A stretch of DNA of 64,000 nt, taken from NCBI RefSeq assembly GCF_009914755.1, contig NC_060929.1; one strand, written 5' to 3'. Below the pieces are notes generated by a model. It made no database searches. It saw only the letters and a program-made list of their open reading frames with translations, and was not told where the DNA came from. This document shows positions 14,304-28,248 of the stretch, in pieces (within the stretch, counting starts at the first letter, position 1; every line of letters starts with the position of its first letter). Made by a program: the position numbers and the translations under genes. This DNA is from the human T2T-CHM13v2.0 reference genome, Homo sapiens.

Positions 14304-14514
14304 CAACACATATATATTTGGTGGGTTAAAACCTAGTCTATTGCTGGCCTGAGTCATAAGGTGCTAGTTCTTGAGTAAGTAAAAGATCTTCTTTGAATCA
14401 TTTTTGGTATTCTCTGTCTCTAATCATGACACTGTTTCTCATGTAGTTCTTCAAATAACGTTGAGGACATCCACCATACACTGCTTCCTATCATCAAACA
14501 TAGCCAGCCACCCA

Positions 14515-14660
14515 CTGTGTCTATTCTACTCCTAAATATCTATTGTGCCAATTTATCTACATCTGTACCACCACCTGCCTAGTACCAGCTACCTTACCCT
14601 GCACTTGGTTGATTTTTCTAATGGTTTCCTCACATTCACTCCTGGTCCTCACTAGGCAGT
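14515..14660 (+). mobile_element. L2 LINE fragment
   Basis: ctcctaaatatc…accaccacc…ctagtaccagctacc…ctaatggtttcc resembles the L2 3' region. Confidence 0.5.
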
Positions 14661-14759
14661 CATCATCATATTTTAAAACTGTAATTTTTCTTTAAGTTCC
14701 TCCAAGGGAGGAAAAACAAGTAGAAGTGAGTAATCTAGATAGGAAGATACATTATAAAC

Positions 14760-16060
14760 TTTCCTAATTAAGACATTTGGCACTGGCCCAGCAATAGGCA
14801 GATTCATCAGAAAAATACAATAGAGAGGGTGAAAGTGGCACAGATATACAGAAATGTGATATATGACAGATTTGACCATGCAGATCAGAAGGGAAAAAAT
14901 GGATTATTCGATAAGGCCTGCTGGAAAAATGAATAATCTATACGTAAATCAACAAAATTGGACCCTTCTTTTTGTATGCAAAAAATACATTTTAGGTCAT
15001 TCAAAACTGAAATCAGAAAGCAAAGCTGAAACAATTTTAGATAAAATAGAATATATTTATGACTTCAGTTTTTGAGTCAGTCACAAAAAGCAAAACAATG
15101 AAGTAAATGTTGATTCATGTTGATTAGGTTAAAGTGAAGAAACAAAAAATAAAGCAAATGCTGTGGCTTGAATATTTGTGCTCCCCCACCCCCCTGCAAA
15201 TTCATATGTTGAAACCTAATTCTCAGTGTGAGGGTATTTGGAAGTGGGGCCTCAGGGAAGTAATTAGGTCATGATGGTGAAAACCCTCATGAATGGGATT
15301 AGTTTCCTTGTAAAAAAGGCCCCAGAGAGATCTCTCACCCCTTCAGCTGTGTGAGGAGACAGTGAAAAGACAGGAGTCTATAAAGAGGACCTCTACCAAC
15401 ACCTTGATGTTGGACTTCCCAGTCCCCAGAACTGTGAGAAATAAATTTCTATTGTTTATGAGTCACCTGGTTTATGGTATTTTGTTATAGTAGGAAAATT
15501 GATGAGGACAAAATTCTTGTGATTTACTAAATAATATATACTTATATGTAAATTAAAATGTCAGAGCACAATTGGGAAAAGATATTTGAAAAACATCAAA
15601 GCAATGAACAACTCATATTTAGAATATAAAAAGCTCTAAGTATAAGTAAAATATAGAAATAACTCAATAGAAATCAGGAGATGTAAATGGACAACAATGT
15701 ATAGGAGAGAATATCAGAATGACCAATGAATATCTGAAAGATTTTTAAATGCATATTTAGTCAGAGAGATGTAAAACCATAGGAAACTACAATTTCATAT
15801 TTATCAGATTGGCAAAAGATAGAAAATGGGATAACACTAGGTATCAGTGAGAATATGGAATAGGGGATTTGCCTATGCAATGATTTTAGATGTATAAATT
15901 GGAATACACCCTTGGGAAAATAATTGGCCAAATCTAATCAATATGAAAATATGCATAGTTTCAAACCCTTTAATTATACTCCTAGGTACTTACAACAATG
16001 CCATGACATATACAATAAAAGGTGTATAAAATACTCATAGTGTAATTTTCTATGATGGGA
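14760..16060 (+). mobile_element. Old L1M (L1ME-like) ORF2 3' remnants, interrupted by MLT1A
   Basis: Degenerate L1 motifs (attgggaaaagatatttg, atcagattggcaaaagat, aattatactcctaggta). Confidence 0.55.
15159..15510 (+). mobile_element. MLT1A/MLT1A0 solo LTR
   Basis: tgctgtggcttgaat…ccctcatgaatgggattagt…ccttgatgttggacttcccag…cagaactgtgagaaataaatttct. Confidence 0.8.
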
Positions 16061-17654
16061 CAAAACAAGTAAAAAACCTCATTCTTCCACTCTCCCATCT
16101 GATCCCCCTTTCAGAGGAGAATCCTTCCTGGATACCCCAGAACAGATATGCCCCCTTTAATAAACCTTTGTGACCCAGTTACCTTTTCTTACTGGGAGTT
16201 ACTGCAACATGCAATTTTTCATTTGCTTGGGTAATTTTTACTAATTTTTCTGAGTATTTATATAATAAGTTCATAAGTATCAAAAGTTTTGCTGTGATAT
16301 TTTCCTTGTATGTTAACACAATTAAATCACTGACATGTTTTGGACTTTAAATCAGTGTGTCCTCGGTGTGTTTTTTTTTTTAACTTCTGCCTTTTCCCCC
16401 CAAAGCATTTATAATAGCTCTAGGAACTGGTATACTGCAGAGAACAGACGAAGAAATATTAACTTTGCCTGGCTTAATTTAGAAGAAAAGTAAATTATTC
16501 CAGTGAAAGCAACTTGAAAGTAAAATCAGAATAAAACTAGCAACTGAGTTTCAATTTCTGTACTTTATGCTGCCTTGCATTTTATGAGGTACAAGATGAA
16601 AAATCACAGGTACAGAAGCTTGTTTTCTTACTCTAATAATTATTATTTTTAAAGAGTACAGTTAACTGTAGAAAATGTTTTGCTTGCACAGTTACTTTCA
16701 ACTTATTCTTTGTCCACTCTTTGGTTCAAACTCTTGGTGGAATGAACAATAGTAATAGTAAGAAAAACAACCAACCAAGCAAGAAACAAGCAAATGAGAA
16801 AACACAATGCTGTGAGGGAAGTCATAGGAAGTGTAGTTATTTTATGTCAGAGATTTATGTACTTTGCAGTCGATATTTGAAGAAAATATTCATCTTGTAG
16901 CTTCTGAAAGCATTTTACAAGTCACTCATTATAAATAACTAGACTGAAGAGCATTTTTTAAAACAAATACAGAGATATTCTCTTATAAGAAGGTGTGAAG
17001 AGTGTGATTACTAGGTGGAGAACCATGAGAAGCTGCTTTATATTCCTGCATTTTGAATTCTCATCACATGGCTTTCTGTTGTCATTGAGAAATGAAGGTG
17101 AATCCAAGCTTAAATATATTTGTGTAATTTTTTAATGGCAAGCATGTATTGATGTATTGATCTTTTCTCCTAAATTCTCAGTAAGCTTTTTACTCTCTAT
17201 GTATTTAAACGTTCAGTGTTCATATCCAGCTGGATATTCTTACAAATTATCTTAGTACATAAGAAATATTCAGTAATATTCTTGAATAAATGGATATATA
17301 CAACTACCACTATAATGTACTGACTTAGATGAGAAAATGAATACTGACTCAGTATTAACAAGAAATCTCATGAATAAACTCATAGTCTATGATTTAGCTC
17401 TCTAAATTTAAATTATATTTATGTGAATAATTATCTTCTGAAACTCTTTAGTTATATCAATTCTTTCAGAAGACAAATATCCTTATCATTAAAAAATATA
17501 CTTAGAATAGTCTCTGGCAAAATTTTAATTTGTATTTTAGCTTGTTATATGAATCAAGAAGAGCAGAATTCATTCCATTCTTTGGAATCAAAAAATAAAT
17601 AGTGTAAGCACCATAAGACATGATGTGTTAGGACACTACCAAATAGAGTATTAC

Positions 17655-17850
17655 GATGTAGCTTGGATTCAGAAGCCAAGCAGTCTGGCAAACATAATAA
17701 CTGTGTGACTTTGTGGAAACAAATTGAACTCTCTAAACTTCAGATTTTCATCTGAAACCATGGAATGGTAATATTAACTACTTCATAGGGTCATAGTAAA
17801 GTTGTATGTCAAGGGCTTAGACTAGAAGCTAGCAAATGGTGTACTGTTAT
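17655..17850 (+). mobile_element. MIR SINE
   Basis: ctgtgtgacttt…aactctctaaacttcagattttcatctg…acttcataggg. Confidence 0.65.
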
Positions 17851-17946
17851 CTATAACAACAGCAGCAGCAGCAACAACAGCAATAATAATGTCATAATCG
17901 TTACAGGTTCAACAAGCTGCCTTATCAATAATGGGAATTTAGCATC

Positions 17947-18440
<494 letters not shown>

Positions 18441-19040
18441 CAGCATTAAATATATTGAGTGGCTTAATAGGCACTTGTTTGTGGCAGATGTATCCACCTG
18501 GTATAAATAATAGTGTACGCAGCATTATTATCCTATATATAAATTATGAAGAATACTTCTAAAACCTTTCTTTACAATATCATCCAAGTTTCTAATGAAT
18601 GAAAGTTTGTTTTGTTTTCTTGTAATTTTGCACAGTCCTTTAAAGTATCTGAGCTTTTTTGGATATTTTCCCCTTTATTAAGTTTCTCTTTAGTGCGTTG
18701 CAAAATTTCTGAACTCTCAGTAATGGTGTTTCACTGACTCCCATTATGATGGAATTGTACAATGACAAATGAATTTAGAAGTACCAACTACTTGTCCTTC
18801 AATATTCTTTTTAAAAGAGGAAATTTTCCTGCAAACTTGTAAAGTACTATTGAATTAGTTCAAAATAATGATAAATGTAGATTTGGACAGAAATTGGAGA
18901 ATGTGAATGTTAAGGTTGACACTGTATAAATAATTCATGTAGAACCATATGTTAAATTATATTTATTCAAGTAGTAATATGATTGGCAATATGCAGGGTT
19001 TTTTTTTTTGGAATTATTAGCCCTCTTTCTTTCAAATGCA

Positions 19041-19696
19041 TGTGTCCAGAATTGGTTCCTTCCAGTGGGTTCTTCGTCTCACTGACTTGAAGAACGTAGC
19101 CGCGGACCTTCCCAGGGCGTGTTACAGTTCTTAAAGATGGTGTGTCTGGAGTTTCTTCCTTCCGATGGGTTTGTGGTCTCGCTGACTTCAGAAGTGAAGC
19201 TGCAGACCTTCGCAGTGAGTGTTACAGCTCTTAAAGGTGGCGCGTCCAGAGCTGTTTCTTCCTCCCGGTGGGTTCACAGTTTCGCTGACTTCAGGAATGA
19301 AGCCACAGACCCTTGTGGTGAGTGTTACAGCTCATAAAGGTAGTGCTGACCCAAAGAGTGAGGAGCAGTAAGATTTACTTGGAAGAGCAAAAGAACAAAG
19401 CTTCCACAGCATGAAAAGGGACCCCAGCAGGTTGCGACTGCTGGCTCAGGTGGCCAGCTTTTATTCCCTTATTTGGCCCCGCCCATGTCCTGCTGATTGT
19501 TCCATTTTACAGAGTGCTGATGGGTCCATTTTACAGAATGCTGATTGGTCTGTTTTTACAGAGTGCTGACTGGTGCGTTTACAAACCTTTAGCTAGACAC
19601 AGAGCACTGATTGGTGTGTTTACAATCCCTTAGCTAGACAGAGAAGTTCTACAAGTCCCCACTGGACCCAGGAAGTCCAGCTGGCTTCACCTTTCA
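19041..19696 (-). mobile_element. LTR12-family (ERV9) solo LTR
   Basis: tgtgtccagaattgg…, repeated gtgttacagctcttaaagg and gctgattgg units, end ctggcttcacctttca; 4-bp TSD tgca on both sides. Confidence 0.92.
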
Positions 19697-20070
19697 TGCA
19701 TACTTCATTGATTCCAAAAAATAAAAGATTTCTCCAAACTAAGAAAATAACATCTCATTGTGCACACTTAGAGGAATCTGAAGAATGTCTCTCTGTCACA
19801 TTAGCAGATATATTTTTAGATTTTTCTCATAAAGCCAAATAAATGTCAGTAGAGATCAGTATTCGAGTTTAATACAGAAATTGCAGAATTATCAGATTTT
19901 TACCCTAAAATTTCCTAAATTGTTTCCAAGGAAGATAGCATTCTGAATCCTTGAGGGAAGTAATATTTCCACTAAATGCTCCTGTAACAGTGCCATGTGT
20001 TTTATCAAAATTATTTTTATATCCCTTCCTGCCTCTAGACAATAAAACTTTTAAGAATAAGGATACTGCT

Positions 20071-20748
<678 letters not shown>

Positions 20749-21109
20749 CAGCTTTTTCTCACTTTCTTAACTCTGTCATATTTCAGAGGGGATAGTTTAT
20801 ACTCTATGTGTTGAATAAAGAACCTATATATTTCTGGTCATTTGTAAGTGAAAGTCAGTGTTAATTTAAATGAAAATATAAAGATTTCTTCATTTTTAAA
20901 CATTCTATTGTGCTATGTGATATATGTAAAGAAAAATCCATAAAGCTTATATGCAGTTATATGTTTTAACAATATTTCTCTGTGAACCCACAGAGAACTT
21001 CATTTTCTAGTTATTATGGTCCTTACCAGAAGGTGTCAAGAAAGAGAAATTTATTTGTTCAATAAAAAACAATATCAACACTCCCCGCCCCCCCAAAAGA
21101 AAGCAAACA

Positions 21110-22970
21110 CACTTAAAGAATTTCCAGTTGCACTTAGGATGCTGAAGACTCTCAACCTATATTGAGAACAACCCAGAAAATTGACAAAATCATATATTTT
21201 TGGGACCCAACAGAGAACAGAGTTTGCAAGATATACAGATGAACTGAATTCCAAATGATGATAAGCTAGTGTGACAATTTAGAAGCCTGAGACCCCAGGC
21301 ACAAGGGCACTGGTTCCACCCACCAGCTTTTGCCACAGGCCTCCACCTAGTGTTTATGAGAAGGACTGGTGGGGGGTTGGGGGGAGAGCAAAAGATTCAA
21401 GAGAGATCTCCCTCTCCCTTAGTGAGCAGAGCCACTAAAACCTATCCCTTTCCTGAACAAGCACTTTTCTCATCTAAGCAAAAGTCACCTGCACTACAAG
21501 AACACCCTGGAAATCTCTGTTGCAGGCAGATGTCACCTGTGGCCAGGGGAGGAGTAGAAGCAAAAATCATCTGCTTATGAGAAGTGGCAGAGCACCTGTT
21601 GTACCTAATTCTGCAGTGATGCTAAACAAAGAGCTGCTGCCAGAGGAGAAATGGGAAACATGTCTACCCAAGACCTTTTCTCACTATGTAAGACAGATTT
21701 TAGGTGCCATGGAATGAGTGAGAAAGCTCCATCCATGAGACTAATTACTCAGGGCCTGCTTGTGTCTGAATCTGGAGCATAAGAACCTAAAAACTCCACC
21801 TTTTAACACCAAGAATCTGCACTAATAACAAATGATAGTAATTTGCTAGGGGAAAGGCAAAAGTATGGAGAGAGACTTCTGTGTGGAATGTCTGTGCAGG
21901 ACCTGCTGAAAGCAGAGAAACAAATATTTAGAAAAAATGTTCAGATAATCCAGGCATCACACTAAGCACAAGGTAGCAGCAGCTCACAACTGGAGAAATT
22001 TTCAGTTTTCAATGCACTAAAGGTAAGTATAACAACAAAAAATCCAAAACACATCCTAACTCCTGAATAGATGGACTTATTCCCCTATGATGAGAGTTAA
22101 GAAAAGCAGAGGAATGACCACATTTGAGTGTATATACAATTTACCTCAATATCTAAATAATCACCACTTAATTTAAAAATTATGGCTCTCTAAAAAGCAA
22201 AAAAAAATAGTACCTATTTTCAAGAGCTAAAACAATCAACTGAACTAGACTTAGAGATAGTCTAGATAGGCACATTAAAATACCTATACCTAATATGTCA
22301 ATGGCTCTATTTGGCAAGTTGGGCATCATGCAGCAATACATGGAAAACTTAAGCAAGAAGATGGAAATTATAAACAAAAGCTTTTTTTAAAATCCTACAC
22401 TATCAGAGATAAAGAATTCTTTTCATGAGATTATCATTACACTTTACATAACTGATTCCAGAAGGGCTAAGCTTAAAGGTGGGTCAATAGAAATGGGTCA
22501 ATCATTTCATGGCTAATAGAAATGGTTAGTCATTTCATGAAATAATCTTACATGAAACACAAAGTGAAAACTGAATGAAAAAAAAAATACAACAGAGCAC
22601 CTATGAGCTGTGGAACACTGTTAAATTGATTAACTCATATTTACTTGTTGTTCCACCAGGAGAAAGGTGCAAAAATGTAAAAAGAATATTTTGAGCAAAG
22701 GCTAAGTACAAAGAAAAACAGACCTGAGCACACGAGAGTCAAACTAAAATCAACAACAACAACAAAAAACAAATATGGAGAAAAAAGTCTTGAAGGTAGC
22801 CGGGGAAGAAAAAAACATTACATGCAGGACAATAAGAACTACAATGAAAGCAGGTTTCTTGTCAGAAACACAGCTATGTAAACCAGAAAACAATGGAGTG
22901 ATATCTTTAAAGTTCTGTAGGAATAAAGATGAAATACTGTCACTCTAGAAATTTATACCCAGAAGAAATA
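21110..22970 (+). mobile_element. Old L1M 5'UTR/ORF1 remnant
   Basis: ORF1-like tracts (cagagataaagaattc, gcaggtttcttgtcagaaac, caatggagtgatatctttaaagt). Confidence 0.6.
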
Positions 22971-22974
22971 CAAA

Positions 22975-23285
22975 ATGCCAACACCACAGAAGTTATCACC
23001 TCCCTTCCCAGACCACATCACCTTTCCCTGCTAAGGTAATCACAATACTAACATTTATGAAAATATACTCTTAATTTTCTTCATAGTTGTGCACCTATGC
23101 ATTCACCTAAAGTTTAAATCTAATCATTCTATTCTTGTTATATATTTTTGCTCAATATTATGTTTATAGGAATCATTGGCATCATAATGTGCAACTCTAT
23201 CGATCTTCATTTTAATCTCTGTGTACCTTTCCATGACATTGTAATTTCTCACAATTTATTATACATTCTTAAATTAAGGGAGATC
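22975..23285 (-). mobile_element. L1ME-like 3' end fragment
   Basis: aaggtaatcacaatactaac…ttttgctcaatattatgttt antisense L1ME-type motifs. Confidence 0.45.
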
Positions 23286-24002
23286 TCTTCTGTGGTTTCT
23301 CTAGCTAGGCCTCTGTGACAACTCTTTCTTGATTCACCACTTATTTTTCTGATGACTATGGCTGAGAAATTTGGTTACATGAAGACATTCTCAAAATTTG
23401 GCCTTCTTGACCTGTATATATATCCTGAAATAACTCATTTATTTCTATTGATTTAACAATCAAAGAAGGTGACTTCCTAATCTGCATCTATCTATTCATT
23501 GAGTATGTTGACTCTCAATTTCCAAAAAAACTCATGGGCTAAGCAAAGCCTACTGCTTGAAGGTAGCATACTATTTTGATAGACTCTTAGTAACGTCTTA
23601 GGAGAATGGATTCAGGGAAAGATATTTGTAGGAATCTAGACCTTGAACTGTGTGATTTTAGATCAATTCTTGCAAGGTGGGAATTAATTGTGATGGGATA
23701 GAGTTTATAACTTTGGATTGGTAGTTACAACAAAGAAAGGGTATTGAAATGAGTCTTAAAAAAGATATCAGTTTTGATAAGTAAGCAGTTTTTTAGAGTC
23801 TTATCATCTAGGACCAGCCATTTTCTGGAGCAAGACATGAAGTCATTTTTACTTGGGCCCAGCCTTGTTTAACACACAGATAGGAAAGTACATCTGGTAC
23901 AAGTGTTATTCAACACAGGGAAAGCGGGTTATGTTAATGTGAATTCTCAGACGCTAGACATTTTAAGATAAACTGTTATTTACAATTAAAACTCAATGCA
24001 TT

Positions 24003-24686
24003 TGTGTCAGGCAGACACTCAAATGGCCTCCTCTTGAGTGTGCGATGGGACCTATGACTTGCTTTTAATTACTAGACTATGACAAGGGTGATAAGAAGTC
24101 ACTTTGGTGGTTATATGACATAAGATTGTAAGTTCCCTCTTGATACCAGACCCTCTGGCAATGAACTGAGAGTTCCCTCTAGGTAACAGCCAGCAAGCAA
24201 CTCTGAGCAGCCTCCAGCTGACATCTAGAAAAGAACTGAGACCCTCAGTCTAGCAACTCATAAAGAGCTAAAACTTGACAACAGCCCTATGAGTCTGGAA
24301 GTGGATCCTTCCCCTACTGAGCTTTCAGATGAACCCCCACCCTGGTTGATACCTGGATTGCAGGCTTGTGACAGATCATGAAACAGAAGACCCAGCTAGG
24401 TTGTGGCAGATTTATGATCTATAGAAACTGTGAGATAATACAATAAGTCCTCGCTTAATGTTGTTCTGTCCATAGATTTTTGGAAACCATGTAAAGCTGG
24501 TCCCAGAATAACATAATTTTGATCAATATTGTTTTATTATAACTTTGATGAGAAAAAAATTGGTTTCATTATATGTTATCTTGCTTAGAACCTACTGATG
24601 ACATTAAGTGAGGGCTTCCTGTATAGCGTTATCTATGTTGCTTAGGCCACTAAGTGTGGCAACATTATTAGACAATAACTAACACA
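24003..24686 (+). mobile_element. MLT1E/F-like LTR interrupted by a Tigger MITE
   Basis: gaactgagaccctcagtc, ggaagtggatccttcccc, gagctttcagatga, gaaactgtgagataa, end actaacaca. Confidence 0.75.
24441..24621. mobile_element. TcMar-Tigger MITE (MER82-like), internally deleted
   Basis: 21-bp TIRs caataagtcctcgcttaatgt / acattaagtgagggcttcctg (17/21 complementary) with TA on both sides. Confidence 0.75.
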
Positions 24687-25346
24687 GCATTGAAAACTAA
24701 ATTCTCCATGTTGGGTACACAAAAAGGATTTTTAAAAATGCATTCTTTGTTTTTTGTTTTTTCTTTTCCTTCTCTTATTTCTCCCAATCTATTTATCCCA
24801 GTGTGTTTTCTCTCTTCCTTCCTCTTGACATTTTAAGTTCCTTCCTTTTCCATTCTTTCTCTCTGCTTCTTACTTTGTTTCTGGCAAATTACACAGTTAT
24901 CTTCCTAGTCACATTGAAACTTTGGACATATTTTTGGTTTATTATATAAATGTCCACAAGAGGATGTTTCTTCAACATGCAGAGGCCAGGGAACTGGACA
25001 TATGGCTGAAAGTCCTGTGCAGTGTTGTTTATTCACAGGAAACAGTCAATCAGCTTAATGCATTTTCAGCGTAATTGCAAGTTTAAGCCAGAAAGATGTT
25101 CTCATGCAAAGAAGATTCCTTTGCTGTTGTTGAAGCAGAATGGAATAATAGGAAAGGCATAGGTTCTTTATTTTTCTGATTTTTACCTTCACATTATTTA
25201 ATTTTATACGTTGTTTTGAGGGACAGATATTGTAGATCGATTTGGGTTTTAGATCCCAAACATGGGACTTTTAGAGGAAAGTAGGTTGAGTATGTGGGGT
25301 CTGATATAAAGGAACGAAGGAACTTATGAGAAACCAAAATAGATCT

Positions 25347-25675
25347 TTATTTTTTTATTTTAATTTTTCATTTAAATTTTATAGACAGGGCCTTGCTCTG
25401 TCTCCCAGGCTGGAGTGCAGTGGTACTATCATTGCTCACTATAGCCTTGAACTCCTGGGCTCAAGCAATCCTCCTGCCTCAGCCTCCCAAGTATTATAGC
25501 TAGGACTACAGGCATGTGCCACCATGCCTGGCTAATTTTTTTTTTATTTTTGTTTTGTAGATACAGGGTCTCACTTTGTTGCCCAATCTCGTCTCAAACT
25601 CCCTGGCCTCAAGTGATCCTCTTGCCTCAGCCTCTCAAAATTACAGGGTTGGCAGATATGTTACCATGGCTGGCC
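25347..25675 (-). mobile_element. AluJ
   Basis: gacagggccttgctct, gaactcctgggctcaagcaatcctcctgcc (J diagnostics); TSD core aaatagatct on both sides. Confidence 0.9.
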
Positions 25676-25849
25676 TGAAATAGATCTAAAGATGAGTGCT
25701 TGAGTGTATTTTCCCAGCACTCATTCTGTAACAGCATCTAGATGAAAAAGTTCAGCAGTTTCTATCTCTAGACGGTAGTATCTATACTATTTCTTGCCCT
25801 CACAGTGTCTTAATTTACATGACTTTCTCTTGTCACCTGCACGGTCTTC

Positions 25850-26270
25850 CCACTCTGCTCGTGCCGTATCATTTCCACCAACTCCAGCCATTCCAGACCA
25901 CTTATTAGCACACATTATACCATGCTGCCTTGCAAATTATTTTTGCTATTTTAAAATTTTATGTCAGAATGCACTGCTGCTTCATCTTCATCTTGACAGC
26001 AAGAGAAGCTCTGATCATGCTTCATCTCAAAATATACCCTCACCATTAAGTCATTTCTGATCCCAAAGTCAGAATTGCAATCTGTCTTCTATCCTGTAAC
26101 AGCAAGCTTCCTGATACTCAATCCTACTTAGAAGCCCTTTTGCAAGTCATGATGTCTGCCTGCCTCACTAGAGTACTCGCTTTTTGATAGGCGATTACTC
26201 TGTTATTTCCTTCTCTCAAGGGCCTACCATTGTAGATTTCACAAAATATTGGCTCAATATTTTCTTGATA
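25850..26270 (+). mobile_element. L2 3' fragment
   Basis: actccagccattccagaccactt…catgctgcct…cagaatgc…ctcactagagt. Confidence 0.45.
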
Positions 26271-28248
26271 CCAGTTCAACTGCAAAACTTAAAGTAAAAT
26301 TCCAACCCCCCCCAAAAAAATGAAATAATGTATTTTAAAGTGGCAAATAAACATGTGGCTTTCTGAAGCTGTTACATAAATCAGTATTAATAAATCAAAT
26401 ACACCTATTGAAGTCATGTTCCCCAAGCAATTGAACAATAATTTCCCAACTCTATTTTTTCCAAGCCATTCTCTACTACACAGAATTGGAGAGCCTATAA
26501 AATTTAGGTCAATTTCCCTTCTGCTCAGCAGGAATACAACTGCAAAGTTCGGTAACTTGCAGAACAAAAACACTCTTAACTTTTCTTTAGAAGTCTTTAG
26601 ATTATAAACTTTCATACTTTTCAATTATGGTTGAAATCTCATTTTCTTTTCGTATGGTTTAAATATTTCTCTTGTTTTACCATCTCATTCCTGAAATATA
26701 TTATTGGAAACAAAAGTTAGTTAAGTTTTTATAAATAACATTATCAGTTTAAATGCTGTCTAATCAGGTAACTGCTGCTTATAAAAGTAATCAGAAAATA
26801 AAAATGTAAACTAAAAAAATCCCAAATATTTACTTCATTATTATTTAATCACTTTTATTTATTTAGATGTTTCACATTTTCATTCAACTACTTCCATACA
26901 TTTTTTAATCATCACAATTATAGAAAATGGAATTATTTTTCTAGCTTATGATATTTTCACATAATAAAGTGGGAAACATATTTCAATGCATATTAGACAC
27001 AGCCAATCAGTGTGTTTATTAATAAAATTAAACTATGTAAGTTAAAACCTTCATATGCTAAAATGGAATTGGACTTATTTTGCCTGGTAACAAAATGCAG
27101 GTACTCCGTAACGTTTTTATTAATAATGTTAACCATTTTATATTAAACACACTTTCTTATCTGAAAAAATAAGAACTCAGATGAAAGATAATAATGAAAC
27201 GCTTAGTATTATATAGTGAGTGCTTGGGTATTTTAACTTCACAGCTGACTTTGAAAATATCAGTATGGAAAAGGTACAATATGCTACAGATACGGCTTTT
27301 AATTGTGAGCAAGGATGTGACAAATTGCATGAACAGCTATGCCGTGTATTTTGGAAGATCATCTATTACATAACATCAATAATTCTGACACCTTGAACAT
27401 CAGCTTTTCTTGTGAAATTGGAAGCATGTTTAAAGATTTCTAATACATACATTTCAGGAAAGTTAGTATATGGTTATTTCATAAGAAAAGGTTGGTTGAA
27501 GGATTAATATATGGAAGACAAAATTTTAATTTTCAAAAAAATTGGGCAAGTATACATGTGCTCTAATTAGTATGTTCTGCAAATTCTCATTTATTTAGAG
27601 GACATATAATTATAAAACTGAGAGATCAGTGGATTTTATCAAACCACAGTAATTTTGATTTTGAATTATTGCCCTTTTTAACTTAGTGTTCTATTTAATA
27701 AATTTGATAATCTCAGTGAGTATCAAAGTTCCTCATTTAGTCTTAAGGAGTAACTTACCCAATCCTGTATGCTATTGACTTTTTGGGAAGAACTTGGAAA
27801 TTTATTATGCATCTTAGTATACAAATTTCCAACACCAACTGAGTCTGGAATGTATTAATTAAGTGCAGATTCAAAATAATTGCTCACTATGAGAATCCTA
27901 TAAATTATAAAGCATAAGAATAATTTCTTAAACGTTTAATTATATAAGATATCTCATTTTTAATGTATATTGTTTGCAGGAAAACATGCCAAGATTAGCA
28001 ACCTGTACACAAACATTCTTTGAGCCTCTAGATACAGAGTCTCTGAGAGCAGTTTCCAGTTCCAACACAACAGCACCTCATCTTCTGCCTGCACTCCTGA
28101 ACACACGACCAGGCTCACACCACTCGAGACCTCCGTATACACAAAATAGGACCCATAAGTCCTTCTGAAGGTGTGTGGGTGCATGATAAATGCTCCATAA
28201 ATAGCTACTGATAGAAAACCTACATCACAGGTAATAGTTGCAAGAGGA

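Noticed and set aside
23480-23950. Possible LTR-like segment
   Set aside because: I could not assign a family, termini or TSD by eye; it needs a Dfam search.
26289-26624. 111-aa ORF in unique AT-rich DNA
   Set aside because: Non-ATG start, composition typical of random AT-rich frames, no recognisable domain.
27751-27760. Minus-strand GGTAAGT donor-like site
   Set aside because: Such 7-mers occur several times by chance in 64 kb and I found no convincing partner acceptor.
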